From assembly GCA_003427395.1 (NCBI GenBank), contig BFEA01000001.1:13528967-13592966 (forward strand): a DNA stretch of 64,000 bases, given 5' to 3'. Source of the DNA: Chara braunii (Eukaryota > Plantae > Charophyceae). A program made the translations under genes and the position numbers. Below the pieces are notes generated by a model. The model was not told the DNA's origin, made no database searches, and saw only the letters and a list, made by a program, of their open reading frames with translations. Below are positions 59,234 through 64,000 of this stretch, in pieces. Each line of letters starts with the position of its first letter. Positions within the stretch are counted from its first letter, which is position 1.

Positions 59234-59545
59234 GCGTGGGAGAGGGGAAAGGATGGCTTCCAAGGAAGAAGATGTGTCGTATGTGAATGCCATGGACTAT
59301 TCACATGGTCACATAGGCATCATTATCATTTCCATTTTGCGAGGTGCAGGCAGGCAAATGGCGCTCCTTGAACAAAGACGAGAAAATGATTTGCAATGAA
59401 GTTTGCTCTGTTCCCACCACACTTCGAATTCCCACTTGCTAACCTGAGCTTGTCTCAGTACGTTCTCACTACTTTCTGGGATCGATGATTTTATTTCAGT
59501 TGGAAAGGAAAAACATTTCAAAATAAGCCAATGGAAGTTTGTCAA

Positions 59546-59547
<2 letters not shown>

Positions 59548-59620
<73 letters not shown>

Positions 59621-59621
59621 N

Positions 59622-59697
<76 letters not shown>
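59548..59697. repeat. (CT)n microsatellite spanning an N
   Basis: Seen directly; length is unreliable because of the gap. Confidence 0.95.
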
Positions 59698-59700
<3 letters not shown>

Positions 59701-61419
59701 CATCCACCTTCCTTCCTCTTGCTGCTTCCTTCGGTCAGCGGATTACTGTTTTGTCTTTTATTAACTGCTACTTCCTCTCTCCCTCTCTCCTCTTGCCAAT
59801 TGCATGGCTATTGGCAGTGCCATTCAAGGAGCAACTCTCTGGTGCTGCTTTTCTCTGGTGCTCCCTTCCTCTCTCCCTCTCTCCCTCTCTCCTCTCACTG
59901 ATGGCTGTGCCATTCAGTCAATCAGCCCCAGAAGAAGCCCTTCGGGGCTGCCAGAATGTTCCACATACCAATACTGCAAGCTGCGGGCAGGCATCACCTT
60001 CTGTTCAAATGTGCAGAACGCAGCTGACGGATAAGAGGTGTGTGGATAGTCTTCAGCAAGCCTGAAAGAGGGTGGGGAATGGGGATGGAGAGGAAGGAAG
60101 GTTAGAAAGGTCCTCACCTGAATTCTCTCATCTCATTGTACAGGTACGACTTGCATATGATGACAACTCTAGAAGAAGGTTTTGTTATGCCATTGCCTCT
60201 TAAGGACATTTCTCACATCTTGATGTAGAGAGAATTGAACACCATTGCGAAACCGGCAATGTAGTGATGCACAGCTTATCTCCAAAGGTATACTGGCGGG
60301 GCTGGTGTATATGATCAGAGTGCAATGTTGCACAGATTTGCAGTCCATATCAGAAAAAGATTCAGAATCACTGAGCTTGGCTCCAAACCGAGCCCTTTTT
60401 TTGTCTTTTTTCCCCCCCCAAACTGAGCCCTTAAAGCACCACCTCACACGAATTTCAGTAGAGTGCTCTCACCGGTTTACGCGGTAAGAGCATTTCGAGT
60501 TGGGGCCGGGCTGGTAGCGAAACCGGTACGCCACTTTGAGAAGGCGCAGTTGCAGGTTCGCAAGAGTGGGAAGGTAGGTTTGTCAACTAGGTTTGTTGTG
60601 TGAACTGGTGGTTCAGACCACTCATGGTGCCAATCTGACCAATTGTCATTTGATTTGGAAAGACTGGTTGAGTGCATCGAATTCGTGCAGAAAAGGACGA
60701 GTTTCGGATATCTATTAAGACTGCATGTAAACAGAGACATTTCTCAGACCTCGGTGATTCAGCTGGACTTCGCATGCTCTGTATGCGTTCTGCACCTTCT
60801 TTTAAAATTGAAGGGTAAATTGCAGGTTTGGTATTTTACTTATCATTATGCTTGTTATGTGAAAAATTGTGAGTGTGCATTGAAATAGGTGCTGTCAAGG
60901 TATTCACATTTGGCAAGTGGCGGAATGAGGTTCACACTTCCTAACACAACTCGGCAGTAGACAGAAAACCCCAATGAGTAGAAGGGCGTGCATCTGGAAC
61001 TTGAAACATGACAAAGGACGTCTGGAAATGGATTACCCTGTGGCATATGTGGTAGTGACGGACGACATAGTGAAGGCGGCTATTCTCAGACCCAACGTAG
61101 TCAGGGCGGCTATTCTCAGGCCCAGCACCCTCACTGGCCAAGACATTCTCAAGTCAGATATGTTCCCAGATTGCTTTCCCCCAAGCAGGATTCCACTCGG
61201 CACTTGCGTCTGAGAGCAGATGCCGAGCATACGGCTGCGCATTCTGCTGTGCACATACTGGGAGTAGCCTTAGTCCAGGCACCCCATCAGAGTTCCATAC
61301 CCTTAATCCAGGGATCTCCGTTGCACCTCCGTATTGCCAGTGTTGCAGCCGAGCTCAAGGTCACTAGTGAATGACAACCGCAGGGATTCCCTTTTCCGCT
61401 CAGCTCGCAGACCATGGAG

Positions 61420-61630
61420 AAAGGACACCACCTCCAGGATGAAGTACCGACGATAAGGCCCACAGGTTTCGACAGATCAGCTTTGAAAGCTTGTCGGGTC
61501 CTCGAGGGCAGTCGAGAACAAGAGAACCACACCTCCAGGATAAACGTCTGATCTTAAGGCCCACAGGTTGCTACAGGTCAGCTCGGAAAGTTCGTTTGAT
61601 GCTCAAGGTCAAGTATGAACGAGAGAACCC
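61420..61630. repeat. ~105-bp diverged direct repeat
   Basis: CACCTCCAGGAT.AA...TAAGGCCCACAGGTT...ACAG.TCAGCT..GAAAG occurs twice. Confidence 0.7.
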
Positions 61631-61899
61631 GGGATGGGGTGGCTCACTCACCCTGAAATCACCACAATAGGAGGGAGTACCCGTGCAGGATAAGTTGGCC
61701 GTCGTGCCCAAACTCGTGCCGCTAAAACGAAGCTTCTTGCGGTACGAGTCAAGCATGCTTCCGTGAAGCTATTATGCAAGCTTCGACGGCCTGGGAATCG
61801 GAAATCATTGTCAACAACAGTTCCAGCCCCTGGGCGAAAAGGCAATGCTCACCCGAGCAGCAGTTCCCTTTTCAGCACCAGCACACACACCAATTACCA

Positions 61900-62435
61900 G
61901 ATACTCAAAGAACAAGCAAGCAGTTCGAGTTTTTGTTATAGGCTTACCCTGCCTCCTGGACCTTGCTCAACATGGACTCTGGGCAAGTTCACTAAGTACC
62001 AGACCATCAAGGAAACATACAATGCAACTTGAGCTTTGTTTCAAGTGTAACAGGGTTCTTGACTTCGATATCCTCGCACTAGAGCAAGCGCACTACTCGA
62101 CAGAGCTCCATGAGATTTGACAGAGTAGCTCGACCTTTGTTACAGGCACACCCCGACCTCCGGGCATATGCAACACAAGCTTCAGACAGGCTCACCGAGT
62201 GTCAGAACCTTGAGGAAACAGGCAATGCAGTTTAAGCTTTGTTCCACGCTTAAAGATTTCTCAAGTTTAACATACACTCGCTTGAGTGAGCACACCAGTC
62301 AGAAGAGCTTCAAGAGATTCGAAAGAGTTGCTCGAAGTCTTTATCACAGACACACCCTGTCCATAGGGCATACCTAGAGCGTTGGGCAGGTCAGCCCGTT
62401 CCCGAAACCTCGAAGAAAAGGGCAGTGCAGCACAC
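61900..62435. repeat. Diverged ~204-bp tandem repeat (about 2.5 units)
   Basis: TTGTTA.AGGC..ACCC...GGAAACA..CAATGCA..TT.AGCTTTGTT at ~61933 and ~62137, with a degenerate third start at ~62340. Confidence 0.7.
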
Positions 62436-64000
62436 CAGACCCGTTGGTCAGCCTTAGCTAAAACTTGGAAATGACACCAATGACTATCGGTTTGTCATGA
62501 AACATTTACGGGTAAGCTCGCCAAGTAACAGGGACAGACAATGCAGCTTGAGACTCACTGACTCGCCTTAGCACAGACTCGACAAAGGCAGCAACATCTA
62601 TCAGCCTCGTAAAGAGAGTGCTTAGTTCGCTAGTAACCAGCCCTTCTAAGAAACCCACAGCTGGTGACCTGTCAACTCACCTCGGCACGAGCTCAGTGAC
62701 TGCACCAATGGGTGCCGGATTCCAGCACCCAGTGCTCGGGTAAGTGTACTAATTACTTGACTCCAACGCTGCAAGCCATCCTACCCTGAGGCGGGCTTTG
62801 ACTGTAGTGTCAAGCTGAGCTCCTGGGGGCGGTAATATTGAACAGAGAGCTCGACCTGATTAACCAATGATGCGAAGTTTCAGAATTGGTAATGGCATGC
62901 TAGCTTTGAGCAAAGTTCTCGAATCGATGTTGGTGAGTGAAGATGCAGCCGACTTTAGAATAGCAGGGTGCTCCATCGACCCTTGACCATTCCACCTTCG
63001 TCCGTGCTCTGGGCACTCCAGGCATTGTCGCAAGTGCTTCGCTGCTCCGTACTCACTATCTCCCAGCCACGCGCTATGACCCCATTCCCACTTGCCCCCA
63101 GCTCGTGTTCGCTCCCTGTCCATCTTCGGTCTCCAAGCCTCCTATGCCATAGCCTCCTTGAACAAACTCCCCATACTCGAACTGAGGGTCGTTCCACTCC
63201 TTCGCTCCCTTAACCTCCACCCGCTTCTCCCTCCTACAACCCTTCTCCCCATGTATGGTCGCTGTAGCGCATGCTGACTTTGAAATACACTTGTGCTCCC
63301 TTGTGCCCGTCTCTTCGATGGTTGTGCCTTTCTCACATATGCGCTATCCCCCTCGCTGTCCTCGTAAGCTCATGCTGAAGTCGATGCAGGTGGGGGGTGG
63401 AAAGCCCTCTCAGCCCCCATAGCAAAAAAACTTCCCCCGCCCTCAAGAAAATCAGGGCTCAACCACCTCCCCACCCCGCCGCCCTCGTTCGAAGAACAGC
63501 AAAAACTCAATCAATCAACCAATCAGCCCATCAATCATCCAATTAAACCACCACTACCCCCGATGTTGAAACTTCGGCTTTCCTGGCCGTGCGGACCGGG
63601 TTTTACTGGGGGGAGGGCGACCGGCAGGTGCAGGTGGGTCCCGTCCTGCAAATTTCAAATCGCCAACTTTGGCGGGTTTTCGCGCTCAGAAGAATTTACA
63701 AAACTGAGATTCTGTAGATTAGGTCTTGATCTTTCCAGAAAACAATGACAGAAAAATGAAGAAAAAACATCTAGATTCTAGACCGTGAAATAAATGTCAT
63801 GCCAATTAGTTGCATTTTCCATGTTTGCCACTGTACCACGTGTGGGTCAACGGAAAAAGTACCCTGACTTATCTCCGGCTTGGTTTCCGGCTTTGCTTTA
63901 AGAAAACAAGTGGACCTGCCGCAGCTACGCTGCGGCCGAAGTGGGGGGGGGAGAGGAGACGGAGGAGATCGTCGCAGAATGTTGACTTTTTTTTTTTTTT

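Noticed and set aside
57700-61400. Second gene or LINE in the right-hand region (splice-like sites at 58167-58236)
   Set aside because: That candidate exon has stops in all three frames. No RT, endonuclease or other domain was recognised.
1-64000. Most ORFs in the six-frame track
   Set aside because: They are short, low-complexity or microsatellite-derived (poly-K, ERER, SLSL, HTHT) with no recognisable domains. Only those overlapping DRE2 exons and two decayed fragments are supportable.

Overview
Eukaryotic, repeat-dense genomic window. The long TE-filled GT-AG introns and plant-type protein suggest a streptophyte alga such as a charophyte (inference). One intact protein-coding gene can be built by hand: anamorsin/DRE2 (CIAPIN1) on the minus strand, 7 coding exons from 36618 to 18641, 340 aa, with consistent intron phases and both Fe-S cysteine motifs. 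The rest is non-coding or transposon-derived: hAT, PIF/Harbinger and Tc1-mariner/pogo-type non-autonomous elements, three tRNA-headed SINE-like families, four U6 snRNA-derived copies, degenerate tandem arrays and microsatellites. The most striking signal is a ~358-nt element with no evident ORF, present at ~15.6-16.1 kb and ~27.5-28.1 kb. It carries a type III hammerhead ribozyme and an internal segment that can pair against most of the ribozyme in an alternative rod-like fold. The 15.6-kb locus is bounded by (TA)n and arranged as a partial plus a full copy. This fits a retrozyme/Penelope-dependent, viroid-like RNA element. An unrelated type I hammerhead lies at ~56.2 kb. A Nextera mate-pair junction adapter at 29781-29812 marks a local assembly artefact. 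Most ORFs in the supplied track are spurious.
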